Notes: generated by a model from the sequence alone, not told the origin. Positions 47,231 through 58,274 are shown, numbered from the stretch's first letter. The stretch is DNA of 64,000 bases from an uncultured Gammaproteobacteria bacterium (GCA_964396715.1 CAYNFQ010000001.1:21037-85036), one strand, 5' to 3'. Made by a program: numbers and translations.

Positions 47231-50200
47231 AAAAATTGGCAGTTTTTCTTTTTTTTCTTCTGATATCATTTCTTAACCCCAAATTGTTATTTGCCCAGAG
47301 CCCTCAATCTTTTGTTTCCGTTGTTAATCCTGTCAGGGGAGAAGATTTTTGGTCTTTGGAAAATCAAACGGTCGTAACAGCGGTAAAAGGTCAAGCAGAG
47401 ATTTTAAGAGAAGCAGATATTCCGGCCACTTGGTTAATCCGCTTTGACGCGCTGGATAAAAAAGAAATAATTGATGTATTAAGCAAACTTCTATCCCACG
47501 AGAAAGGATTGTTTTTGGAAGTGACCCCCACTTGGGCAAAAGCGGCAGGAGTTGCCTACCGAGCTTCACAAAATTGGCATGATGCCGGCAGCGCTTTTTT
47601 AACAGGATATGAAAGAGGGGAGCGGGAGAAATTGATTGACGCTGCATTTGATAGGTTTAAAGAGGTATTTGGGAGTTATCCGGTTTCTGTGGGAGCCTGG
47701 TGGATAGACAGTTACTCGCTTGATTACATGCAAGCAAAATATGGCATAACTGCTGCTTTGATTGTTTCCGATCAGTATACTACTGACAATTACCAAATTT
47801 GGGGCCAATACTTCGGAGTACCTTATTATCCTTCTAGAAAAAATGTCCTGCATCCAGCGCAAAGTCAAGATGAAAAACTGCCGGTTGTGGTAATGCAGTG
47901 GGCAGCGAGGGATCCCTTCAATGGTTATGGAGATGGGGTAGAAGAGAGCACTTATTCTGTGCAAGCCAACGATTATCTTGACTACCATAAATTAGACACC
48001 AATTATTTTTCCTCTTTGATAGACATCTACACTAAGCAGCCATTTAATAAGTTTGGTCATATAGTGGTGGGTTTAGAGAATAGTTATTCTTGGGATAAAT
48101 ATGGACAGGAATACAGAAGGCAAATAGAGGTTTTAGCGGATAAGGCAAGACAGGGTCAATTTCAGATTGTTTCCATGAAAGGTTTTACTGTTTGGTATCA
48201 AAAGTCATTTCCTGATTTTTCTTCTGAACATCTGATAATGGCGGATGATCCCCTCGGCTCTTTTAAAAAAGCTGTCTGGTTTATGAATCCTTTCTTTCGG
48301 GCCGGATTTTTTATAAATCAGGACGGGGCGGTTTTCCGGGACATCCGCCAGTACGTAGAAGGGGAGGAGGAAATTTGTTTTCAAAAAAGATGTGACTCTG
48401 TTAATTTTGCCACCTTTTCAACCAGGGTTTTGGATGAGGTGACTTACGGGCAAAAATGGGTGATTGATGAGGGGAAAATTTCCGATTTTAAAGTTTCAAA
48501 ATCAGGTGAAAAATTTATCATAGATTATTTAAATGAGGCAGGGAAGAAAAGGATTATTGAGTTTTTACCAAGGGATATTTCGGTTGATGGGAAAATTTCA
48601 TCAATTGATGGGGTCATACTTGATGCAACCAAACATACTCTCACACAAAAAGAAAAACAACCCTTTTTACAATCAGGCCCTTTTCAGTGGTCTTTGGCAA
48701 GTATTTTTTCCAAAACAGGAGCGTTTTTGGTTTTTTTGCTGATTGGTTGCATAGTGCCAGGTCTGGTATTGATTAATAAGATTTTGCAAGATAGCTCTTT
48801 TTATCAGAAGGTGACCCTTTCAACAATCTTGGGATTTGTTTTGCTGACACTGCTATTTTATTCTCTAGGTCTTTTCAAACTTCAAAAACTGGTATTTATA
48901 TATCTATTAATAAATGCTTTTCTGCTTGCCAAAAATTACAAATTATTTGCAAAACTTAAATTAAAACCGAACTGGGGAGTGTTAGGGATAATTTTTGCAG
49001 GAGTGGTTTTTCAGCAATTGCCCACTTTTAAAAACGGCCTTAGTTTTCCTTATGGATTGGGTTTTTGGGGACCAAATACCCATGACGGGTTATGGCATGT
49101 CAGCTTAATCAACCAGCTGGTAAAATCCGTTCCACCCAATAATCCGATTTTTGCCCAGGATTTATTGAAAAACTATCACTATTTTTATGATCTTTTGGTG
49201 GCTGTAACTCACTATGTTTCAGGCATTCCCATATTAGATTTGTTGTTTAGATTTTATCCGGTAATCTTCTCTGTACTTTTAGGAACAGGTAGCTATTTCC
49301 TTATTCAATCATTAACAAAACAAAAATTGGCTCAATTTTTTGGTTTATATTTGGTATATTTTGCGGGCAGTTTTGGTTGGATAGTGGAATATATAAAATT
49401 CAAACATCTGGGTGGAGAATCAGCCTTCTGGGCAAATCAGTCTATCTCGTTTAATTTAAATCCGCCGTTTGCTATCTCCATGCTTTTGATTATTGCAATT
49501 TTTCAGCTTTTGCCAAATGTTAAATTCAGGTGGTTTTCAATTAGTGTTTTAACAGTTCTTGCCGGTAGTTTGCTTGCCTTTAAAGCATATGCCGGAATTT
49601 TGATTCTCACAACCCTCTTTATAGTAGGCGTTTTAAAAAGATCTCTCTTGTATCTTGCGGTCTTTCTCACAAGCAGCATCTTATCACTCATGCTGTTTTT
49701 AACAAATTTCACAATTGGTCAAAAATTGCTAATTTTTTCGCCTTTCTGGTTTATTCATTCTATGATCGATTCGCCTGATAGAGTAGGGTGGGCAAGGCTG
49801 TCTTTGGCCAGAGTGGCAGGAGCAGAAGGGGGGAACTGGTTTAAATTCGCAGCAGCAGAATCAATAAGTTTTTTAATATTTTTAATTGGTAATTTGGGAA
49901 CAAGGGCCTTTGCCCTACTCGCCCTCCCCAAAATCACACATATTGTCCGACGTGAAGATTACTTATCTTTATTGATCTTTTCTTCTTTGGCATTTATATT
50001 GCCTGTATTTTTCATCCAGGCAGGAAACCCCTGGAATACCATTCAATTCACGTATTATTTCTTATATATTTCGGCTCTAATAGGAGGATTGGTTTTTGCA
50101 AGAATTGCCCTCATCCTTCCCAAAATATTAGCCCTGCCCCTTGTGGCAATTTTTATAGTTATCACTCCCATAAATTCCTGGGCTACGGCAAACGGTTACT

Positions 50201-50619
50201 TAACTAACCTGCCACATGCCTTTGTTGGTCAAGAAGAATTTGAAGCACTGGAATTTTTGAGAGCGCAAAATGAGGGAATAATTTTAACTTATCCTTATGA
50301 TCCGAAATTAAAAAACAAAATTCTTGAACCCTGGCCTTTATTTGTTTACGACAGCACCGCCTATGTTTCTGCCCTTGCAAACAAAGCAGTTTATTTGGAA
50401 GATGAGGGGCAAAATCAAATTCTTTTGACGGATTATAAAAAAAGGTTGGTTGCCGCTAAGGATTTTTTTGTAAGACCAGATACGGAATTTTTGAAAAACA
50501 ACAATATCAGTTATATTTATTTGCCGAAAATAGCGGACATTAAACTGGATGAAGATTCTCTTTCGGTTGTGAAGATTTTTGAAAATGATGAAGCGTTAAT
50601 TTACGAGGTAAACAGATGA
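47227..50619 (+). CDS. Fusion of an exported glycoside hydrolase/deacetylase-like domain and a GT-C-like domain
   Basis: Signal peptide, ATWL, FLEVTP, FG.YP...GAW; C-terminal half has HDGLWH, NYHYF, NPP. Confidence 0.7.
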   Translation: MKKLAVFLFFLLISFLNPKLLFAQSPQSFVSVVNPVRGEDFWSLENQTVVTAVKGQAEILREADIPATWLIRFDALDKKEIIDVLSKLLSHEKGLFLEVTPTWAKAAGVAYRASQNWHDAGSAFLTGYERGEREKLIDAAFDRFKEVFGSYPVSVGAWWIDSYSLDYMQAKYGITAALIVSDQYTTDNYQIWGQYFGVPYYPSRKNVLHPAQSQDEKLPVVVMQWAARDPFNGYGDGVEESTYSVQANDYLDYHKLDTNYFSSLIDIYTKQPFNKFGHIVVGLENSYSWDKYGQEYRRQIEVLADKARQGQFQIVSMKGFTVWYQKSFPDFSSEHLIMADDPLGSFKKAVWFMNPFFRAGFFINQDGAVFRDIRQYVEGEEEICFQKRCDSVNFATFSTRVLDEVTYGQKWVIDEGKISDFKVSKSGEKFIIDYLNEAGKKRIIEFLPRDISVDGKISSIDGVILDATKHTLTQKEKQPFLQSGPFQWSLASIFSKTGAFLVFLLIGCIVPGLVLINKILQDSSFYQKVTLSTILGFVLLTLLFYSLGLFKLQKLVFIYLLINAFLLAKNYKLFAKLKLKPNWGVLGIIFAGVVFQQLPTFKNGLSFPYGLGFWGPNTHDGLWHVSLINQLVKSVPPNNPIFAQDLLKNYHYFYDLLVAVTHYVSGIPILDLLFRFYPVIFSVLLGTGSYFLIQSLTKQKLAQFFGLYLVYFAGSFGWIVEYIKFKHLGGESAFWANQSISFNLNPPFAISMLLIIAIFQLLPNVKFRWFSISVLTVLAGSLLAFKAYAGILILTTLFIVGVLKRSLLYLAVFLTSSILSLMLFLTNFTIGQKLLIFSPFWFIHSMIDSPDRVGWARLSLARVAGAEGGNWFKFAAAESISFLIFLIGNLGTRAFALLALPKITHIVRREDYLSLLIFSSLAFILPVFFIQAGNPWNTIQFTYYFLYISALIGGLVFARIALILPKILALPLVAIFIVITPINSWATANGYLTNLPHAFVGQEEFEALEFLRAQNEGIILTYPYDPKLKNKILEPWPLFVYDSTAYVSALANKAVYLEDEGQNQILLTDYKKRLVAAKDFFVRPDTEFLKNNNISYIYLPKIADIKLDEDSLSVVKIFENDEALIYEVNR

Positions 50620-52601
50620 TCATCCTTCAGCAAATTTTCCTGGGAATATTTTTTTTAATTGCTTCGATCTTGATGTTTACACTTCCCGCCTCTTATTTAC
50701 TGGAGAAAGTGAGACATGGTTTAGATGATAACTTGGATAAATTTGTTATTTTTACGGTTTTTGGCTTGGTTGTTTTTACACTTTCCGCTTATGTTTTGGC
50801 TGCGCTTCAGTTAAGCTTTATAATGTATATCTTCCCGGTTTTAGGGTTTTGGTCTGTTTTTAAATTTAGGCAAAATATTCTGCAAAGTCAGTTTAAAATT
50901 AAGCGGAAATTTATCTTTCTGGCTGTGCTAATAGTGGGAATAATGGGGATGGTGGCAGTCAATGCGCCTTCAGGCTTTCCCTACAAAGAGGGAATTTATT
51001 TCTACAGTTCACATGGTCATGACGGAGTTTGGCATTTAAGCTTAATGGAAGAAATGAAAAAAGACACTTTCCCCTTTCAAAACCCGGAACTCTCAGGCAC
51101 AAAATTACAAAATTATCATTTTTTCTCTGACCTTTTAATGTCGGAATTTTCAAGGATGTTTGTTTTTTCAAACCTCGATATTTATTTCCGCTTTATGCCG
51201 ACAGTTTTCGCTGCTCTTTTAGGGTTATCCGTTTTTATTTTTGTCAGGGCTTGGAGTAAATCTGAAGTAGCCGGAATTTGGGCGATGATTTTTACATATT
51301 TTTCCGGAAGCTTTGGTTACCTTCTTTACATACCGACACACAAAAGTTTAGGCGGTGAATCCATATTCTGGGTCTCACAGACCCAATCGGTTTTAGGCAA
51401 TCCCCCTCATGCTGCCGCTTTTATTATAGTGACTACATTTTTATTTTGTTTGTTTAAATACTTGAATTCCAAAAATATGTTTTTCTTTTTGTTATGCGCA
51501 ATTTTAGGAGGAGCTGTGATTGGGTTTAAAGTATATGCCGGAGTTTTAATTTTAGGAGGACTTTTGGGGTTGGGAATTTTCGAATTCCTTTTTAAAAAAA
51601 TTTACAAAAGCCTGTTTCTTTTTCTTACTACCCTGCTTATTGCTCTGGGAATTTATTTGCCAAACAGCGCAAATTCGCAGGATTTTTTAATCTGGCAGCC
51701 ATGGTGGTTTATCAGGACAATGGTGGTGGCGCCAGACCGTCTTAACTGGATAGACTTGGAACTGAGAAGACAAACATATATTGCTGAAAACAACTGGAAA
51801 AGGGTTATACAGCTGGAAGCGACAGCCTTTTTAATATTTTTAATAGGCAATTTGGGGATGAGAGTTTTGGGATTTTGGACGGTATATAAAAAGATCAGGG
51901 AAAATATATTTGGTAATTCTTTTAATTTATTTTTCTTGATGATTACAACTGTATCATTTTTTATTCCGGTATTTTTCCTACAAAAAGGGGTGGCTTGGAA
52001 TGTGATTCAATTTAACCAATATTTCCTACTTCTATTCGGTTTTTTGTCAGCGGTTGCTGTAGCGGAAATTATGAAAAAAATGAGATCCGGCTATTTAAGA
52101 TTAATTTTATCCGCGCTGATAATTTTTCTGGCAGTGCCAACACAAGCAGGACTGCTTTGGCAGTTTTATTCGAATAAGCCTCTCTCCAAAATTTCATACG
52201 ATGAAATTAAGGCATTAAATTTTTTAAAAAGACAAAAAGAAGGTATTATTTTAGTGGCCCCTTTTAACAAATACGAAAGGGATAAGTATAAAGATCCGCC
52301 AATTCCCATATACGCCTGGTATGACACGGGATATGTGGCGGCTGTTTCCGGCAAGCAAACTCTGCTTTCAGATGAGGAGCAGGTTAATATCATGGGTTAT
52401 GATGTCGCTACTGTTTTGCAAGATAGGATGGAAGCTTTTCAAACAACCGATTATAATTTAATTAACCAATTTCTTAAAAAATATAATATTGATTATGTCT
52501 ATCTTGCCTGGGATCAAAAATTTGCAACGGATTCTGCTACCATGAATATGGATCTGATTTTTGAAAATAAGGATTCTAAAGTTTTTAAGGTCAAAAGATG
52601 A
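50616..52601 (+). CDS. GT-C-like membrane protein, paralog of the preceding C-terminal half
   Basis: HDGVWH, NYHFF, GGES.FW, NPP, FKVYAG. Confidence 0.7.
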   Translation: MIILQQIFLGIFFLIASILMFTLPASYLLEKVRHGLDDNLDKFVIFTVFGLVVFTLSAYVLAALQLSFIMYIFPVLGFWSVFKFRQNILQSQFKIKRKFIFLAVLIVGIMGMVAVNAPSGFPYKEGIYFYSSHGHDGVWHLSLMEEMKKDTFPFQNPELSGTKLQNYHFFSDLLMSEFSRMFVFSNLDIYFRFMPTVFAALLGLSVFIFVRAWSKSEVAGIWAMIFTYFSGSFGYLLYIPTHKSLGGESIFWVSQTQSVLGNPPHAAAFIIVTTFLFCLFKYLNSKNMFFFLLCAILGGAVIGFKVYAGVLILGGLLGLGIFEFLFKKIYKSLFLFLTTLLIALGIYLPNSANSQDFLIWQPWWFIRTMVVAPDRLNWIDLELRRQTYIAENNWKRVIQLEATAFLIFLIGNLGMRVLGFWTVYKKIRENIFGNSFNLFFLMITTVSFFIPVFFLQKGVAWNVIQFNQYFLLLFGFLSAVAVAEIMKKMRSGYLRLILSALIIFLAVPTQAGLLWQFYSNKPLSKISYDEIKALNFLKRQKEGIILVAPFNKYERDKYKDPPIPIYAWYDTGYVAAVSGKQTLLSDEEQVNIMGYDVATVLQDRMEAFQTTDYNLINQFLKKYNIDYVYLAWDQKFATDSATMNMDLIFENKDSKVFKVKR

Positions 52602-54217
52602 GATTATCCGATAAATTTATCTTAATAATTATCTTAATTTTAGGACTGGTTCTTAGGGGTATAGATATTAATAATAATCCGCCTGCTCTTTACGGGGATG
52701 AGCTGACCATTACTTTGGATTCATATTCATTACTTAAAAGCGGCCAAGATCAGCTGGGTAACCCTTATCCTTTGACATTTCAGATGGGGGCAGGCAGGCC
52801 TGCCGGATATGTTTACGTATCCATACCATTTGTGGCAATCTTTGGTCCTGATGCATTGGGAGTTAGGATGCTCTCAATATTATCAGGGCTGGGGATTATT
52901 TTATTGCTTTACTCATTGGGCAAAAGACTATTTTCGGAAAAAGCAGGGTTGGCTGTTGCCTTTTTAACAGCTGTTTCACCTTGGGATATCTCTTTAAGCA
53001 GGGGAGGTTTTGAGGCCCATTTTGCCCTTTTTCTGGCTCTTTTGGGATTATTTTTATTGATGAAAGCTAAAGAGCACCCCCTGCTTTATATTTTTTCCGC
53101 TTTGAGTTTTGGTGCTACTTTACACACATATCCTACGTATAAGGTCAGTCTACTGTTATTTTTACCCTTAATGTTTTGGTATGAAGGTGGGATGAAAAGA
53201 ATTATTCAAAATAAATATTTCTCAGTAGCAACCGTGACGTTTATTGTCTTGAGTGCATTAGCTTTTAGTCAAACTTTCATCGGGGGGTCTGAAAAGCGGT
53301 TTTCTGATATAAATATTTTTTCACAGGGTCAGCTGAAAGATGCAATTGAGCAAAAAATAAATCTTGAAAGGACTATTACAAAAACGCCCCCAGAACTTTC
53401 CAGATATTTTCACAATAAGGGAGTTGAATATACAAAAGTATTTATTGAAAATTACCTGCAAAACTTTTCAATGGACTTTTTAGTACTGCACGGCGACAGG
53501 AATCCCCGCCACAACATGGCCACCATGGGGCAGATCTATTTTGCGGATATCATTCTGATGTTTGTGGGGCTGTTGGCTTTTTGGGGCAGATACAAAAAAG
53601 TTTTGCTTTTTTTTATTCTGTGGATAATCCTATCCCCAATTCCGACAGCAATGATTGATTTACCGCACGCCCTAAGATCCTCTTTTATGCTGCTCCCGCT
53701 TTTGCTACTTTCTGCCTTGGGGTTATTGGCAGTTCTAAACCAAAAAAAGAAGATTTTACTTTTTTTAATTTTTACAGTTTTCATAATACAATTTGCATTC
53801 TTTATACAAAAACTTTATTTTCTCTCTCCAAATGAATATAGTAATTTCTGGTCATATTCGGCGCGTATTGCATCGGAAATTGCTATAGAAAACAAAGATA
53901 AATTTAACTACATATTATTATCAGACAAAATCAATGACATAGAATTTGCTTATCCTGTTTACGGGAAAATAGATCCTCAAGCAGTTATTTCTCAAAATAA
54001 AAACAAACAACTTCTGCAAAACTTACCTTTTAAAAAATTTGATAATGTATACATTGGCTATATTCCGGATGAAGATGTTCAAAAATTTTCCGAAAGCCTG
54101 GAGGGTCCGGTTTTATATATTGGCTCACCCGATTCCTCAAAGTACCTTAAAAATTATGAGACTATCATAGGTAAAGACGGACTCCCGATTTTGGCAATTT
54201 CCAAAAAAGTAAATTAA
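52598..54217 (+). CDS. GT-C (ArnT/PMT-like) membrane glycosyltransferase
   Basis: PP.LYGDE, G.DQ.G...P, GD.NPRH. Confidence 0.8.
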   Translation: MRLSDKFILIIILILGLVLRGIDINNNPPALYGDELTITLDSYSLLKSGQDQLGNPYPLTFQMGAGRPAGYVYVSIPFVAIFGPDALGVRMLSILSGLGIILLLYSLGKRLFSEKAGLAVAFLTAVSPWDISLSRGGFEAHFALFLALLGLFLLMKAKEHPLLYIFSALSFGATLHTYPTYKVSLLLFLPLMFWYEGGMKRIIQNKYFSVATVTFIVLSALAFSQTFIGGSEKRFSDINIFSQGQLKDAIEQKINLERTITKTPPELSRYFHNKGVEYTKVFIENYLQNFSMDFLVLHGDRNPRHNMATMGQIYFADIILMFVGLLAFWGRYKKVLLFFILWIILSPIPTAMIDLPHALRSSFMLLPLLLLSALGLLAVLNQKKKILLFLIFTVFIIQFAFFIQKLYFLSPNEYSNFWSYSARIASEIAIENKDKFNYILLSDKINDIEFAYPVYGKIDPQAVISQNKNKQLLQNLPFKKFDNVYIGYIPDEDVQKFSESLEGPVLYIGSPDSSKYLKNYETIIGKDGLPILAISKKVN

Positions 54218-56499
54218 AATTTTTGCATTTTTACCGCAGAAAGAGACATTAGGACAATTATTCCCAAAGTTGTCAGCGATATTTTTAATCCTAAATCAAA
54301 AGATTTTGGCCAATAGCTAAATATAACTTCATGCGATCCGGACGGGATTTTAACAGCTCTGAAAATTAAATTAGCCTTGCTGATTTTGGTATTTTCTCCG
54401 TCCACTTCGGCTTTCCACCCATCTTCAAATTGGTCAGCCAATATAAGTAATTCTGCTTTTGCAGTTTCGGTACGGAGTACAATTTTATTGGGGGTATAAC
54501 TTAAAATTTTAATTTTACCTTCACCGGAAACGTTCCCTATTAAAAGGTTGTCTGGTAAAAGTATTGTTTTTCTTGGGTCAAAAGATTTATCAAGCATTAT
54601 GGTTTCTTCGATTTCGCTTGTTTTTAGAATCCTTATGGAATTTGCAAAATATGCCCGTTCCTTGACATTTGGATTTTCCAAAATAACAGTAGATCCATCC
54701 TGAAAAACTGGCTTGTAGCCGGCCTCTAAAAATTTGGAATTTATAAGATTGCCCCCAATATTATTGTTTTTATCTCTTAAGATGCCGATAAAATACTTGA
54801 CATTTGCTGAGTCTATAAAAGGAGAATTATATTTTTGTGAAAGTTCGGCATAACGGCTGGAATTGCCTGATCTTAAATCTCCCCCGTTTAAATAGTCCAT
54901 AAATTTACCGTATTGGTTCAAATAGAGTGGATCATATCCCTCCAAAGACTGCAGGTTATAAGCAATCCAGGTGTTGGGAGGAAGAACTTCTGCATGTTCC
55001 CTGCCTAGTCTGAAATTCCCTGAATTTTTTTGCAAGTATTCTATGGCAGGAGTGGTGGGAAATATTAAATCTTTTGTAACAAAAGGATTAAACTTAAGAA
55101 AATATCTGCCAAGATCAAATACCAAAAAAATTAAGAGTACAATAAATATCAGACTATGTTTCTTCTTAAAAAGAAAAAAGATTATTAAATATAGTGTTAT
55201 TAATAATGTAGGTAAGATGGAATTTCTGAAAGAGATGGAAAAATTGGAAAGAGCAGTTCCTAATAAAATCCCAAAGATGGCCGCCCAAGACCAAACCACA
55301 GTTTTAAAAAATTTACCCTCTTCTTTGGCGGATATTATCTGATTAAGGGAAAGAGCGGCCAGTACTGCAGTTGAAAATATTGACATAAAGAGTATCCTGC
55401 TTGCAAAAGATGAGGTGAAAAGAGGTATTTTAAGTTGGTAAATTGATGAAGATATGGGATTATCAAAAGTTAAAATTAGTGATAAGAATAAAGTTACTAA
55501 GAAAAATATGCTTGTGCTGTTTCTTTTTAAATAGATTACGGAGAATAAAATGAGGGGTAAAGTTAATGTTCCCACAAAGGAGCTGGTTTCGGAATAATTT
55601 AAAAACCCCCAGTAGTTACCTGTTACCGGGTTTCCAAAAAAGTCAGCTAGGGAAAATTTTAAGAGTTCTTTAAGAGGAAGCAAACCAAAATTTACTTCAC
55701 TAGTATAGATTTCTGTAAGTCTGATAGATTTTCCCAGAAGATCAATACTTGGAAGTAATTGCACAGCATTTAAAAATATCGTTATTATCAAAGCTAAACT
55801 TAATGGCAGGAATTTATTTATGCAGGAATAAATTGCTACAACCGCGAAAGAATATGTAGCAACTTGAGCATTGCCTGCAAGAATCAAAAGCGTTAAGGAG
55901 ATTATTTCCAAAAATAGATATCTCAATTTTGAAGTTTGTAAATACAATTCTACTGAAAATAAAGAAAGCGGTAACCAGGCCATTGCATGAACTGCGGTAC
56001 CCAATTCCACCCAGGTTGTCATAAGTCCGCCCAAAGCAAAGATAATTGATCCGCAAAATCGGGCAATTTTTGAGCTTGTCCATAAAGATAAGAGAAGATA
56101 CATATTGATTGCGGCAAAAAGCGTTGATGAAAATACAAAGAAGCCCCAGCCTGTGTATTTGGGCAGAAGTAATAAAAGATTTAAAGGATAAAGAGCGGCC
56201 GAATGGTAGGTTGCCAAAAGCGGTGTGCCCATAAAAGAGTAAGGGTTCCAAAGAGGCCATTGTAAATTTTTGAACGCATCAATGCTTAAGTATTTCCATA
56301 AAAAGAATTGAGAAAAAACATCCGAAATTAAGGGGTTTTGTACAGGTATTTTATAGTAATCAAGCCAAGGCAGGTAGCTTCCAACCAGCAAATCTGCCGG
56401 AAAAGGAATTTTGCCAAATAAGAAAAATTTATAGTAAAGAAAAGAAATGATCACTGCCAAAAGCAGGATATAACGGTATCTGAAAAAGAATTTAGGCAT
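54214..56499 (-). CDS. YfhO-family GT-C membrane protein
   Basis: D...QF..W, PLWNPY...G.P, GYDPL, GWKA.VDG, G.H.V.F.Y.P. Confidence 0.85.
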   Translation of the reverse strand: MPKFFFRYRYILLLAVIISFLYYKFFLFGKIPFPADLLVGSYLPWLDYYKIPVQNPLISDVFSQFFLWKYLSIDAFKNLQWPLWNPYSFMGTPLLATYHSAALYPLNLLLLLPKYTGWGFFVFSSTLFAAINMYLLLSLWTSSKIARFCGSIIFALGGLMTTWVELGTAVHAMAWLPLSLFSVELYLQTSKLRYLFLEIISLTLLILAGNAQVATYSFAVVAIYSCINKFLPLSLALIITIFLNAVQLLPSIDLLGKSIRLTEIYTSEVNFGLLPLKELLKFSLADFFGNPVTGNYWGFLNYSETSSFVGTLTLPLILFSVIYLKRNSTSIFFLVTLFLSLILTFDNPISSSIYQLKIPLFTSSFASRILFMSIFSTAVLAALSLNQIISAKEEGKFFKTVVWSWAAIFGILLGTALSNFSISFRNSILPTLLITLYLIIFFLFKKKHSLIFIVLLIFLVFDLGRYFLKFNPFVTKDLIFPTTPAIEYLQKNSGNFRLGREHAEVLPPNTWIAYNLQSLEGYDPLYLNQYGKFMDYLNGGDLRSGNSSRYAELSQKYNSPFIDSANVKYFIGILRDKNNNIGGNLINSKFLEAGYKPVFQDGSTVILENPNVKERAYFANSIRILKTSEIEETIMLDKSFDPRKTILLPDNLLIGNVSGEGKIKILSYTPNKIVLRTETAKAELLILADQFEDGWKAEVDGENTKISKANLIFRAVKIPSGSHEVIFSYWPKSFDLGLKISLTTLGIIVLMSLSAVKMQKF

Positions 56500-56563
56500 A
56501 AGTTCAACTTCCAGTATAGCAAAAGCATTTTACTTATTTGGTTGATCTTGGTACCATTTAAAC

Positions 56564-57454
56564 ATGGTCAAGATTTCGGTGGTTATCAATACCCTAAATG
56601 AAGAAAAAAATATTCAAAGGGCTATTGGATCTGTTGGGTGGGCGGATGAAATTGTTGTTTGTGATATGGACTCTGAAGATCAAACACGGGAAATTGCAGA
56701 AAAATCGGGTGCGAAGGTTTTTTTATGCAAAAGGCAAGGTTTTGTTGAACCAGCCAGAAATTTTGCCATATCAAAAGCCACAGGGAATTGGATACTAATT
56801 CTAGATGCCGATGAAGAAATCCCAGAAAGTTTAGCCAAAAGATTAAAAGAGTTGGTATCTAAGCAAATAACTTCAGATTATATAGAAATTCCCAGAAAAA
56901 ATATTATTTTCAGCAGGTGGATGAGCGCATCAGGTTGGTGGCCGGATTATCAGATTAGATTTTTCAAAAAAGGTGCTGTTGTCTGGAATAGCAAAATTCA
57001 TAGCAAGCCTAAGTTTAAAGGCATGGGCCTAAAACTTCCTGCAGAGGAAAAATTGGCTATCGTTCATCATAATTATCAAACTATTTGGCAATTTATTGAA
57101 AGGATGAATCGCTATACAACAATTGAGGCGGAACAGTTATTAAAAGATGGATATCAATTTAAGTGGACAGATTTATTTCAAAAACCTCTTGATGAATTTT
57201 TATCCAGATTTTTTGCCAACAAAGGATATCAGGATAGTTTACATGGTTTTGCATTAAGCTTGCTGCAGGCATTTGCATTTTTTACTACTTATCTAAAAGT
57301 ATGGCAGTTTCAGGGGTTTCAAGAAAACAAAATCACACTTTCAGAAGTAGAGCAGGAAAAGAAAAAAGGAGGGTATGCAATTGATTACTGGATGAAACAG
57401 GTTAAAAAATCGACAAATCCGTTTAAAGGTTTTTTTAAGAATTTGATCCATTGA
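56564..57454 (+). CDS. GT2 glycosyltransferase (WaaE/LgtF-like)
   Basis: NEE, W.DEIVV.D, ARN, LDADE, WPDYQ.R. Confidence 0.88.
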   Translation: MVKISVVINTLNEEKNIQRAIGSVGWADEIVVCDMDSEDQTREIAEKSGAKVFLCKRQGFVEPARNFAISKATGNWILILDADEEIPESLAKRLKELVSKQITSDYIEIPRKNIIFSRWMSASGWWPDYQIRFFKKGAVVWNSKIHSKPKFKGMGLKLPAEEKLAIVHHNYQTIWQFIERMNRYTTIEAEQLLKDGYQFKWTDLFQKPLDEFLSRFFANKGYQDSLHGFALSLLQAFAFFTTYLKVWQFQGFQENKITLSEVEQEKKKGGYAIDYWMKQVKKSTNPFKGFFKNLIH

Positions 57455-57473
57455 TTTAAATCATTAAAACAAA

Positions 57474-58274
57474 ATGTTAAGTGTAATAGTTATCACCAAA
57501 AACGAACAAGACAGAATAAGGGTTTGCCTGGAATCTGTTAAATGGGCTGATGAAATTGTTGTTGTGGATAATGGCTCAGTTGATAAAACGCTAGATTTGG
57601 CCAAAAAATACACGGATAAAATTTTTACATTTGATGATTTGGATTTTGCCTCACTTAGAAATAGGGGAATGGAGAAGGCGAGGGGAGATTGGGTATTGTA
57701 TGTTGATTCTGATGAAAGAGTACTGGCCTCGCTCAAAGAAGAAATTGAAAGTTTAATGCAAAAAGATCAATTCAGCGCCTATGCAATATCCAGAAAAAAT
57801 GTGATTTTAGGAGAGGAAGTAAGTTATGGTCCCTACAAAAAAGATTGGGTTGTCAGGCTTTTTCAAAAAAAGAATTTTGAGCTCTGGAGCGGTCAAGTGC
57901 ATGAATCCGCCCATTTCAAAGGAAAACTTGGATACACGAAGAATCTTCTTCTTCATTTAACTCATCGTGATATTGACCAGATAGTTTTAAAAAGTCTGGA
58001 GTGGTCCAAAATTGACGCAAAGTTAAGACATGATAGTAATCACCCAAAAATGTCCGGTTGGAGATTTTTAAGGATTCTGCTTAGTGAGTTTTTTAATCAG
58101 GGAATTAAAAGGGGTGGCTTTTTCAATGGAACAGTTGGGATTGTAGATTCAACGTTACAAGTCTTCAGTTTATTTATTACCTTTGTCAGGCTTTGGCAAA
58201 TGCAGCAGGAGAAACCGATGGATAAAATTTATGAGGAAATTGATAACAATTTGATAGAAAACGGATTCAAATGA
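57474..58274 (+). CDS. GT2 glycosyltransferase (tandem paralog)
   Basis: KNE, WADEIVVVD, VDSDE, VHE. Confidence 0.88.
   Translation: MLSVIVITKNEQDRIRVCLESVKWADEIVVVDNGSVDKTLDLAKKYTDKIFTFDDLDFASLRNRGMEKARGDWVLYVDSDERVLASLKEEIESLMQKDQFSAYAISRKNVILGEEVSYGPYKKDWVVRLFQKKNFELWSGQVHESAHFKGKLGYTKNLLLHLTHRDIDQIVLKSLEWSKIDAKLRHDSNHPKMSGWRFLRILLSEFFNQGIKRGGFFNGTVGIVDSTLQVFSLFITFVRLWQMQQEKPMDKIYEEIDNNLIENGFK

Noticed and set aside
52789-52806. GGCAGGCCTGCC palindrome resembling the LPAGRQ element
   Set aside because: The peptide aligns with paralogs (GAGRPAGY against GDYKPAQY) without extra length
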